From a virus (Duplodnaviria; Caudoviricetes), in the IMG/VR virus record IMGVR_UViG_3300036766_000466, positions 1 to 58,665 of that record: a DNA stretch of 58,665 nt; one strand, 5' to 3'. The first letter of the stretch is position 1, and the number at the start of each line of letters is the position of its first letter. The translations under genes were made by a program, and so were the position numbers. The notes below the pieces were generated by a model. It searched no databases, had not been told where the DNA came from, and saw nothing but the letters and a program-made list of their open reading frames with translations. Below are positions 29,401-38,753 of the stretch, in pieces.

Positions 29401-30560
29401 GCTGTCACCTCTTCCGCTCTCACAAACGCAGGCTTTGTTTTTGGCTTGTAGAGGTTAGCGACCTCCGATATAAACGCCACAGCCATATTCGCCCATGTCG
29501 CCTCACGCGCCCATTCCATCGCTTTCGCCGCCTTGTCTTTTGCCTCGCCATAGTTTGAAACAACATGCCGCATTGCCCCGCGCAGATCGTCAATATTCAC
29601 GTGACACCATTTGCTGTTTAGGGCCGCGAGACACTTTGAAATGTAGTTCGGGTCGTCGATTATTTTGAGAGACGCCTGGACTGGGTATGAATTAAACGAA
29701 TTCAAATAATCCGTGTGTGCAGACCAGTCGGCATGAATCACAGGCACCCCGGATGCCATAGCCTCAAGATATTGCATTCCAAGACCTTCTCCGCGTGAGG
29801 TAAGGACAAAGGCATCGCAAGACCTGTAAAGAGAAGCCATCGCCTGTTCTGATATCTTGTCGCCCCAGAATAAAATGCGAGGCGGGTTATCCCCTGCGAA
29901 ACGATTGGCAATTTCCTTAAATTTATTTACGCAATCCCTCCGGTGACGTTTTACGAATCCGCCAAAGTGGGATTTTATGAGTAGTGTCACCGCCTCGCTC
30001 CCGTTAAATTCTTTCACGAATGCTTCGACGACTGCCTCGAAATTCTTTCTCTCGGTGAAGTCGCCCGAAGTCAAGAATACGAATCCTTTCTTATTTGATA
30101 TGGACATCTTCGGCCCGTCCGGGTTGTACATGAACGAATCGACAGCAACAGGAAGTGCGGATATTTTATCCGCAGGTATCCCTGACTCCACCCACCCGGC
30201 ACGGTTGAACTCACTGAACACAAGAATTTTGTCCATCTCCATCAGATTGTGCATCCACGGCTGAGGGCACCGGTCAGTCTCAAAAAGGGTGTAGCAGATT
30301 GTCGGCGCGTCCTTTGTGACCGGCTGGCCTTTTGGGAGCTGGTAGATCACGTGAGGGGCGAGAGGGTTAACCCTATTTTGGGCCATACGCATAAGGCGTG
30401 ACATCACAACAGGCGACAATCCAACGCGCTCGGCATTCCAATCCTGAGACGGACGGAGTTCAATATCCACACCCATTTGGTCGAGGGCGAGAATCAGACC
30501 ACGAGAAAGCTGTTCAAACCCAGACTGGCCCCAAACGGGGGCGTAAAAAATAAGCTCCAT
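29397..30560 (-). CDS. GT4 family glycosyltransferase
   Basis: FETD, RKN, SRGEGLGMQYLEAMASG. Confidence 0.92.
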   Translation of the reverse strand: MELIFYAPVWGQSGFEQLSRGLILALDQMGVDIELRPSQDWNAERVGLSPVVMSRLMRMAQNRVNPLAPHVIYQLPKGQPVTKDAPTICYTLFETDRCPQPWMHNLMEMDKILVFSEFNRAGWVESGIPADKISALPVAVDSFMYNPDGPKMSISNKKGFVFLTSGDFTERKNFEAVVEAFVKEFNGSEAVTLLIKSHFGGFVKRHRRDCVNKFKEIANRFAGDNPPRILFWGDKISEQAMASLYRSCDAFVLTSRGEGLGMQYLEAMASGVPVIHADWSAHTDYLNSFNSYPVQASLKIIDDPNYISKCLAALNSKWCHVNIDDLRGAMRHVVSNYGEAKDKAAKAMEWAREATWANMAVAFISEVANLYKPKTKPAFVRAEEVTA

Positions 30561-31003
30561 TATTTGTGATCCCCGTCACAATTGTCATTCTTCCACGCAT
30601 CCGATTTCAGTTCATTCTTAAAATAGGCTTTCATCGCATCAAACATTTCGCCTTGAGTCTTAAGAAGATCTTTCCCTCTTTCATCTTCTTCTGGTACTGG
30701 ATCATATGTCATTCCAATAACATCTTGCATTAAAAACATTGTCTTTTTTGGCAACGGTTCATCTTCTGTTTGTGGCCGCCCATCCATGAAAAAATAAATA
30801 GACCACGGGCTATCTTCTGGTGCAATTTTTTTCCTTTCGTCTTCGCCCAAAATTAAAAACTTGATATATTTATGCCAATGATCTATGCATTCCCTTGCTG
30901 TTTTTGCCGTTGATTTAGCGGTGATGCATTGGCCAGACCTCAAATAAACAAAAACATATACTATGATATTCCCGTCCAGCTTTTTTGATACTTTTTCGTA
31001 CAT
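30560..31003 (-). CDS. Hypothetical protein
   Basis: 147 aa, TAATG overlap, SD present. Confidence 0.7.
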   Translation of the reverse strand: MYEKVSKKLDGNIIVYVFVYLRSGQCITAKSTAKTARECIDHWHKYIKFLILGEDERKKIAPEDSPWSIYFFMDGRPQTEDEPLPKKTMFLMQDVIGMTYDPVPEEDERGKDLLKTQGEMFDAMKAYFKNELKSDAWKNDNCDGDHK

Positions 31004-31004
31004 T

Positions 31005-31250
31005 TTATTTTTCCTCTTTTATTAATCCGTCAAGAAACCACGAAGCCCCTGAAGCCATGATCGCATACGCTGTTACATCCGGCCATCCGGTAATTGGAAA
31101 GAACATTCCACAGAAAGCAAGACCAACCCAAAAACTAAGACAGGCTGTGCATTTAAACGGCTTCATGTACCGAAGCGGGGTACCTTTAAATATTATTTGA
31201 ACCAGGATCACAGAACCGTAAACAAAAAAAACGTATTTGACGAAGTCCAC
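31005..31250 (-). CDS. Small membrane protein with CxxC (DUF1360-like)
   Basis: KPFKCTACLSFWVG and three hydrophobic segments. Confidence 0.7.
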   Translation of the reverse strand: MDFVKYVFFVYGSVILVQIIFKGTPLRYMKPFKCTACLSFWVGLAFCGMFFPITGWPDVTAYAIMASGASWFLDGLIKEEK

Positions 31251-31337
31251 GGTATTTAGCTTCCTTTACAACAATGAGATACCCTAGGCACAGAGAATCG
31301 AATAGATATGAGCGTGTTCATTTTTTCTCCTTAATTC

Positions 31338-32576
31338 TCATATAACAACTTCAAATTTCTTCGGCTTCATGAACGGGATTTCCATCTCCATAAACAATGC
31401 GTGCCAATCGTCGAGCACACGATCCCACGTGTAGCTCGTGGCAAAATCATACCCCGCCCTTGCTATCGAATCCCGGTACGGCTTGTCCTTGTATACCCTC
31501 AAAAACGACTTCAGGGCCGCGTCCGCGTCCGGGACAGGCCGTTGTGTAAGGTGGCTTCCTGTCCACGTAAGGGAGCCGCCGATGGGCACCAAATCGGCCC
31601 TTCCTGCGGCCCCAAGCTCTGCGCTCGCCGAGTGGTCAAGGAGGATGCACGGGAGCCCCGTAGCCATCGCCTCGAACGTGGGAAGGCCGAAACCCTCCCC
31701 TGACAGAAGCACGAAGGCATCGGCAATCTGGTAAAGCTCGGCCAGACGCTCGTTTGGAAGGAGCATCATCTCATGCCCAGAGTGAGCGACTTGGTCGAAG
31801 TACATAATGCTTCTATTTTTTAGCTCAAGCACCTGTAGCAGGTCGTCTATTTTCCACCCCATCGGATCGTCAAAGTACATGTGTGGCCACAGGATTACTT
31901 TTTCTTTTGTCTCCGGAAGCTCCGAAAACCGCTTCCATACCCTTAAAAGCTCCGGGATATTTTTCCTCGATTGGTTGCGACAGACGGTCAAAAATACAAA
32001 TTTATCTGTTAATCCGTACCGCTCTCTTATTTCCTGCCGTTTCTTTTTGTCACCAGGGTTAAACATTTTTGTATCGACGCCGTGGTAGATCGTGCGGATT
32101 CTGTTCCTTGTCTCCTGGTCAAATATGGATTTAAGAATGGCGTTTTTGGCATAGTCCGTGTATGCCACTGGGATATCAATATCCTCAATGATCGGTTTTA
32201 TGGCAGGGGGCAGGCCGCCACCGATTGGCTCACCATCAACTGGGCAATAACTACTCCACTGAAAAAATCTTCTCGTCCTGCAAATATTTGGGTCGGCAAT
32301 ATAATAAAGGTGCCAGAAGTCCCCAATGGTCAGGAGAACATCAGGTTGAAATTTATTCACAACTGAATCCAATATGTCCGCTCCGTAGTGTTGGTTATTC
32401 GTGAACCAACAGCGGATTCCTTCCGGGTTGGTTGCTGGAATCTCAGAGTGTTGGAACCAGCCAATGTGCCCGATCTCGTGTCCGCGCTTTTGAAGGCCCA
32501 AGCATAACTCATTTGTCAGTCGTCCCATTCCTGACATGATATTCAGGGAATCACTCATGCAGAGGATACGCATCAA
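31338..32576 (-). CDS. GT4 family glycosyltransferase
   Basis: HGVD, RNQSRKN, GEGFGLPTFEAMATG. Confidence 0.92.
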   Translation of the reverse strand: MMRILCMSDSLNIMSGMGRLTNELCLGLQKRGHEIGHIGWFQHSEIPATNPEGIRCWFTNNQHYGADILDSVVNKFQPDVLLTIGDFWHLYYIADPNICRTRRFFQWSSYCPVDGEPIGGGLPPAIKPIIEDIDIPVAYTDYAKNAILKSIFDQETRNRIRTIYHGVDTKMFNPGDKKKRQEIRERYGLTDKFVFLTVCRNQSRKNIPELLRVWKRFSELPETKEKVILWPHMYFDDPMGWKIDDLLQVLELKNRSIMYFDQVAHSGHEMMLLPNERLAELYQIADAFVLLSGEGFGLPTFEAMATGLPCILLDHSASAELGAAGRADLVPIGGSLTWTGSHLTQRPVPDADAALKSFLRVYKDKPYRDSIARAGYDFATSYTWDRVLDDWHALFMEMEIPFMKPKKFEVVI

Positions 32577-33079
32577 ATATCTCCCGGTAAAGTTTGCTGT
32601 GTGAAAAGTCGTGAGGCGATCATGTCAACTTGCGCGACCAAAATATGTGCGTCATCGGAGATTTCGCTTTTTGTATACGACACCCCTGATATATCTAGCG
32701 GCTTGTCCAAGTAGTTTTCTCCTGCTATCGCAAGGCGTGTTCCGCGCACGACGCTTAAAAAATCAACCACGAAATTCGTAATCCCCTTTCCTTCTCCAGC
32801 GGGCCGCGTTGAATCTCCAACGATTGATGTTTCGCGGGTAAGGTATTTCAAAATGAGGTAGGCGCTCACCTGGTTCACGGCCTGTTTCCTTTGGCTTGCG
32901 ACCCACGCCTCCTGTGTTCTGGCCGGCCAAAAGCACACCTTTGGCAGGGTTGGAAGGAAAACTGTGGTTAGCATCAAATCAGGGTGGATGATTTCAACGC
33001 TTCCGATGTAGGAGAGTGCGCCACCCGAAGACTTATTGTTGGCGACGAGGGTCTTTAGGCGAGGCAGGATTACATTCAC
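32573..33079 (-). CDS. Probable tail terminator/completion protein
   Basis: Size, position after adaptor, LP...(G.KGI..F..D) pattern. Confidence 0.6.
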   Translation of the reverse strand: MNVILPRLKTLVANNKSSGGALSYIGSVEIIHPDLMLTTVFLPTLPKVCFWPARTQEAWVASQRKQAVNQVSAYLILKYLTRETSIVGDSTRPAGEGKGITNFVVDFLSVVRGTRLAIAGENYLDKPLDISGVSYTKSEISDDAHILVAQVDMIASRLFTQQTLPGDI

Positions 33080-33639
33080 GAATCAGATTCCCTGTCGTCC
33101 GCGATTTCGTCCAATAGGCCAGGACTGACCTCTTGGTTTTTAATATCATCCAGATCAAATATGGCGGGGCGGCTCTGTTGCCTTATGTCATCTGCCTCGT
33201 TCGGGACAACGCCCGCAAATTCTGGCAGTTGCATCTTGCTTTGAGATATGAGGACGAGGAATCCAGGGGACATTGGGTTTGTTGAAATATATTGATCGTA
33301 ATAATTCAGCTTTTTATCGTCTGGCATTTTTCCAAGAAGGACATGGGCACTACGCCAGACAAAGAACATGCCGATGTCAGACCCTGCCTCGTCTAAAAAT
33401 TTAGGAACCGCGGCGACAGTCGTAACAGGGACATTGTCAGCGTACACGGGGGCGAGAAAACTATTTATAAGGCGAGTGGCCCGCCGGATCGACGCGACGA
33501 TAAGCGCACCTGGGATTTCCGCCTCGTCTACTACGTGACCAGGAGAGTTTGTTTGCAGGTAGGCATTGATCTCATTACGCACGTCACCGGACGAACCGTA
33601 GAGGACTTCTGTGGAATCGGAAGGATTTAAAAAAGCCAT
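33076..33639 (-). CDS. Head-tail adaptor (gp36/DUF1320-like)
   Basis: Y.S..DV...A..LINSFL...Y...P.....P motif. Confidence 0.7.
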   Translation of the reverse strand: MAFLNPSDSTEVLYGSSGDVRNEINAYLQTNSPGHVVDEAEIPGALIVASIRRATRLINSFLAPVYADNVPVTTVAAVPKFLDEAGSDIGMFFVWRSAHVLLGKMPDDKKLNYYDQYISTNPMSPGFLVLISQSKMQLPEFAGVVPNEADDIRQQSRPAIFDLDDIKNQEVSPGLLDEIADDRESDS

Positions 33640-33654
33640 TAGGAAACCCCCGTT

Positions 33655-33948
33655 TTAAGGTTGGGCGGTTTCCGTTGGCTCCGGGCCAGAGGCAATCGCC
33701 TTTTCCGCGAAGTGTTTTTTCCAAAACTCGATATCTGCGTGAACCCCAGTATAAGGCGGGAGCGCCGCGCTGACAGGCCATCCGGCATATACGAAGATCG
33801 AATAGAGTTTCGAGATCATGGCAGGCATGTTGTAACTTGGCCTGAGCTTATTCTCATTATCTTTGTCGTTTGTCAACTCGACATCGACCTCAAGAATTTT
33901 TGACAGCGCGGACAGCTTATCTTCAATCAATTTTTCCATCGAGGACAA
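33655..33948 (-). CDS. Hypothetical protein
   Basis: 97 aa ORF in the head module. Confidence 0.6.
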   Translation of the reverse strand: MSSMEKLIEDKLSALSKILEVDVELTNDKDNENKLRPSYNMPAMISKLYSIFVYAGWPVSAALPPYTGVHADIEFWKKHFAEKAIASGPEPTETAQP

Positions 33949-34213
33949 CTCCCTTATTTTTTGATTCTATAAGTTTTCTTGCTTTGTGTTCTGGTATACA
34001 CATCATCTTTGAAATAGCGACGGCCACCGCGTGACGGTGACCATCCGGCATGCGCTTGGATAATTCCTTCGCACGCTTTTCGTTATCATACTCCTGGCGG
34101 TTCTCGCGGGAGATCGATGCGCGTGCGGCCTGCGCGGGCGTACGCATGATCGCGTACTTCTCCCGCTTTCCCTTGTGCATCAAATAAACCGGAACAGCCA
34201 ATGACGACTTCAT
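33923..34213 (-). CDS. Hypothetical basic protein
   Basis: 96 aa with AAGGA SD, directly after the capsid gene. Confidence 0.6.
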   Translation of the reverse strand: MKSSLAVPVYLMHKGKREKYAIMRTPAQAARASISRENRQEYDNEKRAKELSKRMPDGHRHAVAVAISKMMCIPEHKARKLIESKNKGVVLDGKID

Positions 34214-34237
34214 GTTTCCTTTTTTTGTCCGTCTAGT

Positions 34238-34264
34238 GGTGAGCCGGGTTTTAACCGGCCCACC
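34238..34264 (-). terminator. GC hairpin after major capsid gene (attenuator/mRNA stabiliser)
   Basis: GGTGGGCCGG-TTAAAAC-CCGGCTCACC stem; no clear U-tract. Confidence 0.45.
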
Positions 34265-34278
34265 AAAAGACTAAGACA

Positions 34279-35205
34279 TTAAGATAGAACGTCCGTGCAT
34301 AGGTTCGCGGCACTCGATGACACGAGTTCCTCAGCTTGCAGAATACTCGCCGAGATCCACTCTCCAGCACGTGCCTCATCACGGTAGGATGTCACGACCG
34401 GGTTCTGAACCCGCATGATATACCCCCACGTGAGGGCGTCCAGAGAAACAGCCTGCTCTCTGTAGAAGATCGGAACCGCGTCATTCCAGATTTTAGCAAT
34501 CGTGGACGACTGGCCGAGCTTCCCCGTATCCTCAACTGCACCAGCGATAATAATCGCCAGGTTGAACATGACGGGAGGTAGTTCCCCATTCATGAGCAGA
34601 TCTTTATTTCCCGGGCCGACATTAATGACGTACCGGATCAGATCGCGCAGTGTTGAATCACGCTTTATAACGTCCTTCACGTTTTCCGGGAGAAGGATCG
34701 CATTCGGCTCAACACCCGCATTGTTGCGGATAGAATCGCGTGCCGTATCGATGTCCTTCTCAATAGTGGGCGACGTGCCATCCCACTTCGGAGCGACCGC
34801 CACAGTAGCGACGGAGTTACCGGACGCCTGGGCAATCGACTGAATCCTCTTCTCCTGGCCCAACATGATCCACTTCATCAGTTTGGCCACTGTGTTAAGA
34901 CGCGGTCTTACGGGTACATCCGCGTTTCCCACGATACGATCTGTGAGGAGATGCCGAAGGGCATATTCCTCTGCGACATACGTCGCCGTAGAAGGCACCC
35001 ACTCGATTTCCTTCGCCAGGGCTCCTTGAGCACGCCGGGTATCAACATCCCGGATTTCTTCACGCGAGAAGGTGTAGTAAAGATCAGATTCCTTTACCAC
35101 CGGGATTACCGGGAACACCTCTTCTGCGACGAATGCTCGATTGCGGAGCTGAAGGGCAAAGTTCGTCAGTGGCGCATTTACGTGTACATCAGTAAGTTGC
35201 GGCAC
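34279..35205 (-). CDS. Major capsid protein (HK97 fold)
   Basis: HVNAPLTNFA...FVAEEVFPVIPV...; PNAILL; WGY; position after scaffold and cement. Confidence 0.9.
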   Translation of the reverse strand: MPQLTDVHVNAPLTNFALQLRNRAFVAEEVFPVIPVVKESDLYYTFSREEIRDVDTRRAQGALAKEIEWVPSTATYVAEEYALRHLLTDRIVGNADVPVRPRLNTVAKLMKWIMLGQEKRIQSIAQASGNSVATVAVAPKWDGTSPTIEKDIDTARDSIRNNAGVEPNAILLPENVKDVIKRDSTLRDLIRYVINVGPGNKDLLMNGELPPVMFNLAIIIAGAVEDTGKLGQSSTIAKIWNDAVPIFYREQAVSLDALTWGYIMRVQNPVVTSYRDEARAGEWISASILQAEELVSSSAANLCTDVLS

Positions 35206-35208
35206 TTG

Positions 35209-35601
35209 TTAAGCCCTCCTGATCTGAAGGAAGCAAGTGATAGTGTCTCCGGAGGTACCTGCAGAACCTGCTCCACCCTCTTCCGAGACGCCGACGATCC
35301 CGTCACCAGTCGCTCCACCCAAATTCGAAACCCGACCCTGCGAGTCCGAAAGAATAAGAGGAACTCCCTTTGTAACGGCCGCCGAGATAACAACCAGGGA
35401 CTTCCCAAGTTGTCTCACGCGGACGGTGTCGCCAGACGCTGTCGTAGCGTTCTGGATAACACCTGCGATGCCTGCGGCCTTCGCCGTACCGAGAGTAACA
35501 AACCCCTGTGTTGAAGAGTAGGTCACAACGCGGTACTTCGATATGGCCTGGTCTGCCTGCCAGGTATCCTCCATGATATTAATGTCACCACGAAGTGGCA
35601 T
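35209..35601 (-). CDS. Capsid cement/decoration protein (DUF2190-like)
   Basis: Small Gly/Ala/Thr-rich beta protein with GD.V.V...G motifs upstream of MCP. Confidence 0.8.
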   Translation of the reverse strand: MPLRGDINIMEDTWQADQAISKYRVVTYSSTQGFVTLGTAKAAGIAGVIQNATTASGDTVRVRQLGKSLVVISAAVTKGVPLILSDSQGRVSNLGGATGDGIVGVSEEGGAGSAGTSGDTITCFLQIRRA

Positions 35602-35723
35602 TTTGGAGAACTCCTTGTTTTTTTCTGCTTCCTATTTCTCTGAAGCTAATTTTTTAATACTTAAAATGGTATCGGAGCAGTGCCCCGTCAAACTAAATTC
35701 GGCCCATAAGGCCGAGAAACTTT

Positions 35724-36404
35724 TTAGGCGGCCTGTGCCGTCTTTTGTCTGCGGCTGATCTCAACAAGGGCGTCCTCGTATGAAACAGCCCGTCCGACTT
35801 TGGCCTGGGAGTCGATGTAGATCTTCGCCTCTACGTCCATGTCGAAATCGTCCACCTGCGCGGTAACAATATTTCCGCCGCGCTTGATGTCCGTGTAATG
35901 CACTTCCGTATCCGTCTGTCCGACCTGAACACGCACGGCACCATTTGCAGGCGTCATTGAAACGAACGCCTTGTGCTTTGGCAGGCTCTCGATGAATTGC
36001 TTCATCAAAGAATACTGCGTGTGTGCCGTCTTTGACCCATCCTTCGCCTCGAAGGTATGAACGGCCACTTCCGAGGTCATGGATTCCATGAGCTTCGTAA
36101 GCGCCTCCTCCTGCGCGGGGATGATCTGGCCGGATTTCTTCATTGTGTCAACGAAGGACTTGATCTCCGTCTTACGAACCTCGGCCAGAACCTTGGTGCG
36201 ATCTTCGTCGGACTTCTTGGCCTTCGCCTCGAATTCCTTCAGAGCAACCGCGCTTTTTTCTGCCGTTTCTTTCCATTGGCGAGCGTCCGCTTTCTCTGCT
36301 TCCAGTTTAACCTCGAAGTCCTTTTTCATTCCCCCGAGCTGATCCTCGTAGGCTTTGAACTTCGATTCGATCTGTGCGTCTGTCATAGGCATTGTCTTAT
36401 TCAC
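35724..36404 (-). CDS. Capsid scaffolding protein
   Basis: Coiled coil, G.IIPAQ, C-terminal VSYEDAL motif like Mu I/Z scaffolds. Confidence 0.75.
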   Translation of the reverse strand: MNKTMPMTDAQIESKFKAYEDQLGGMKKDFEVKLEAEKADARQWKETAEKSAVALKEFEAKAKKSDEDRTKVLAEVRKTEIKSFVDTMKKSGQIIPAQEEALTKLMESMTSEVAVHTFEAKDGSKTAHTQYSLMKQFIESLPKHKAFVSMTPANGAVRVQVGQTDTEVHYTDIKRGGNIVTAQVDDFDMDVEAKIYIDSQAKVGRAVSYEDALVEISRRQKTAQAA

Positions 36405-36425
36405 CGCCCTTCGCGTTTTGCAGGT

Positions 36426-37610
36426 CTATACTGCAATTCTGTTGCGTTCAAATTCGATGGTTTGTTCAAACATACGAAACTTTAGATCGTGGTCAAATAA
36501 TATTTTTGTCTCTGAAACCTTTTCCCTGAAGCACGCCGTGCCCTGACATTCAAAACGCTCCTCCAGTTTGATCGGAGTCATGCCGGTGACGGCGGGCATT
36601 TGATGGCCGAGAAGGGCGATAGCCTTCAAAACGTTTTTGTAGATCGGGGAGTCGTCCTTCGTGCCGAGCTTAAACTCCGGGTAAAGCTCGATTGACCTCT
36701 CCGCAAACCGGCCCTCTTTTATCCAGTCGTAGACCTCAAGTGGCACGCGGGAGAGTTTGGCGAATAGACGCTTCTTCCCGTCTGAGTCTGTCTTTATGAA
36801 AACATCCACTACGTCGCCGTATGATGCGAGGCCAGCTAGTGACTCCTGCGTCGAATCTTCCGCGTGTGTGATTTTGAGTTTGGGCCTCAAGTCCTCTTTC
36901 AGAGCTTTAAAGTTGTCCGCCATTTCCTGGAGATCGGCTTCGCTGAAATCATCCCCGTTATGGGTTCCAGAACGGAAAATCTCCATCTCGTGGACTTCGC
37001 GTAACTCGGAAAATTCTTTCCGTGTCATTTCTTTTTTCATCTTGTCCATCACGACCGCCTTACACTCTTCCTCCGACATGCCCTTTGCGGCGCATTCGGC
37101 CATCGCAGATTTACAGTCTGGACAGTCCTCCATCATCTTCATGGCTTTCATCTCAAAACCGATGCCACGCTTCATTTTGTCCAGGGCCGCTTCAAGACAT
37201 TTGTCCGCGTCTCCACCAGATTCGGTACAAATAGAAATATTGTTTTTCAGTCTTTCTAATTTGTCCGGTGTAAGCCACAGCTCATCCGAGGCGATATCCC
37301 CAACGTCCTGGATATCAGCGTCGGCTGATTCGACTTCTTCGTCGGCTACAGCGATAGGGGCCGCGGGGATACCCGATCCATTAAAATTCAGATTAAAATT
37401 GACGTTCGGAGGGATGACTGGGTTGAAGCTAACTTGTGAGGTAAACTTTGAATTTGCTATCCTGATTGCCTTGGCCTGCGCGTCATAAACGTTCACGCCG
37501 CGCTTAATGAGGTCTTTTAAAACGCCATTTACGGTGGAGGCCCACCGGATTTTTTGCTTCTCGTCCAAACCTTTTATGTGCTTATCTGCTTCGTGTGGAG
37601 ACCACGACAT
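36426..37610 (-). CDS. Prohead protease (Mu gpI-like) with ChaB-like N-terminus
   Basis: EIFRSG, LKITH, G.V, RSIE, ALLG..PAV.G motifs. Confidence 0.85.
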   Translation of the reverse strand: MSWSPHEADKHIKGLDEKQKIRWASTVNGVLKDLIKRGVNVYDAQAKAIRIANSKFTSQVSFNPVIPPNVNFNLNFNGSGIPAAPIAVADEEVESADADIQDVGDIASDELWLTPDKLERLKNNISICTESGGDADKCLEAALDKMKRGIGFEMKAMKMMEDCPDCKSAMAECAAKGMSEEECKAVVMDKMKKEMTRKEFSELREVHEMEIFRSGTHNGDDFSEADLQEMADNFKALKEDLRPKLKITHAEDSTQESLAGLASYGDVVDVFIKTDSDGKKRLFAKLSRVPLEVYDWIKEGRFAERSIELYPEFKLGTKDDSPIYKNVLKAIALLGHQMPAVTGMTPIKLEERFECQGTACFREKVSETKILFDHDLKFRMFEQTIEFERNRIAV

Positions 37611-37672
37611 GTTTCATTCCTTTGTCTAGGAATCATAAGTGGACGCGGTCAGGTTCCACTTGTTAAAAGTGT

Positions 37673-37701
37673 ATCATACGCTATTTACTTTTTACAAATA
37701 A
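37673..37701 (-). promoter_or_regulatory. Possible promoter for head module (TTATTT-17-TATGAT)
   Basis: Good -10 in AT-rich intergenic DNA; weak -35. Confidence 0.4.
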
Positions 37702-37938
37702 TTATATAATCGGGTCTGCCTTTCCTACGATGCCAGACATCTTATCCGATGCCGACTGCCTCTCTTGGAACAGTTCAGACTCCATCTTTCTACAACGGAT
37801 GTCCTCGCTTAATATCAGATTGTATTCGTACTCTAGGTTTCCTGATAAGAGTTGCCACGAGGCGATGTAGGCATTGAAAAGACGGTTGTTCTCATAGAAC
37901 CAGACTTCATCACCGACGTTGTATTTATTGTCTTGCAT
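37702..37938 (-). CDS. Hypothetical SH3-like phage protein
   Basis: KYNVGDEVWF start; AGGAGG SD. Confidence 0.7.
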   Translation of the reverse strand: MQDNKYNVGDEVWFYENNRLFNAYIASWQLLSGNLEYEYNLILSEDIRCRKMESELFQERQSASDKMSGIVGKADPII

Positions 37939-37955
37939 TTAACTACCTCCTTTTG

Positions 37956-38753
37956 TCAGAGTCCGACTCCCACAAGGTTACGGGTTATTTTACGTCCGGT
38001 CGAAACTATTGCTGGTGCTGGAGCGGCGGCTGGGACGACGTAGGCATGACGGGAGAAACCACGAGGAAGATAGATACCATTTATCGGTGGGCCCGAATTA
38101 AAGAATTTCGTTCCTGTGACCGCCCCATGTTGTCTATTTCCACTATAATCTCCCTCAAATGATCCTACCCCGCTTAGGAGATATAATCTTTTTAGCCCAT
38201 TCGTGACAGACCCAGGATAAACCATCGTCCGTATAAACTCATTCCCAGATATCACTCTATTGAATATTTGAAGGTATGCCATCAGTCCGTAATAGGGCCT
38301 TATCAGATTTGCCGTATTTCCAATTATTAACGATGTATTGGAATTATCCGATGGAGACACCCCGTCTTGCTTCGCTGAATAATTCACCTCTAACAGATTT
38401 TTATACATATGGATATCCGTTGCTATGGAAGACCCCGTATGGGTGACAATCCAAAATTGCCATATATTGTAGACAACATCCGTATTTGTTCCGACTCTAT
38501 TTAATTCCGTTCCTCCTGTTATCGCAAAATACAATGCGCCATTTGCCCCGCCACCCTGATCTGCTCTAAGATCAAATCCATTGGAATTATTAAGCCCCCT
38601 GGATATTATTCTTGAATTGCCTGCCCCTGCTCCAAGTCCAAATTGGTTTAGCCAAATACATATTGTCAGGGGTTGGTTTTCTAAAAGGACATCATCCAGG
38701 GCTCCGCAATTCACGCTATCGGTTGATGCTCCACCAGCAAAGAATCTGGACAC
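37956..38753 (-). CDS. LamG/ConA-like lectin domain virion protein
   Basis: LTICIW, W...VT, MYKN, LIIG, G.MAYLQIFNR, DYSGN..HG. Confidence 0.85.
   Translation of the reverse strand: MSRFFAGGASTDSVNCGALDDVLLENQPLTICIWLNQFGLGAGAGNSRIISRGLNNSNGFDLRADQGGGANGALYFAITGGTELNRVGTNTDVVYNIWQFWIVTHTGSSIATDIHMYKNLLEVNYSAKQDGVSPSDNSNTSLIIGNTANLIRPYYGLMAYLQIFNRVISGNEFIRTMVYPGSVTNGLKRLYLLSGVGSFEGDYSGNRQHGAVTGTKFFNSGPPINGIYLPRGFSRHAYVVPAAAPAPAIVSTGRKITRNLVGVGL

Noticed and set aside
13794-32576. Host LPS/capsule locus joined by misassembly
   Set aside because: The island overlaps a tail gene by ATGA, contains a capsid-cement paralogue and phage homing nucleases, and lacks export genes; read mapping was not available
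36426-36428. Genome-wide TAG recoding
   Set aside because: Long genes are intact under code 11 and other TAG stops overlap downstream starts (e.g. 38753)
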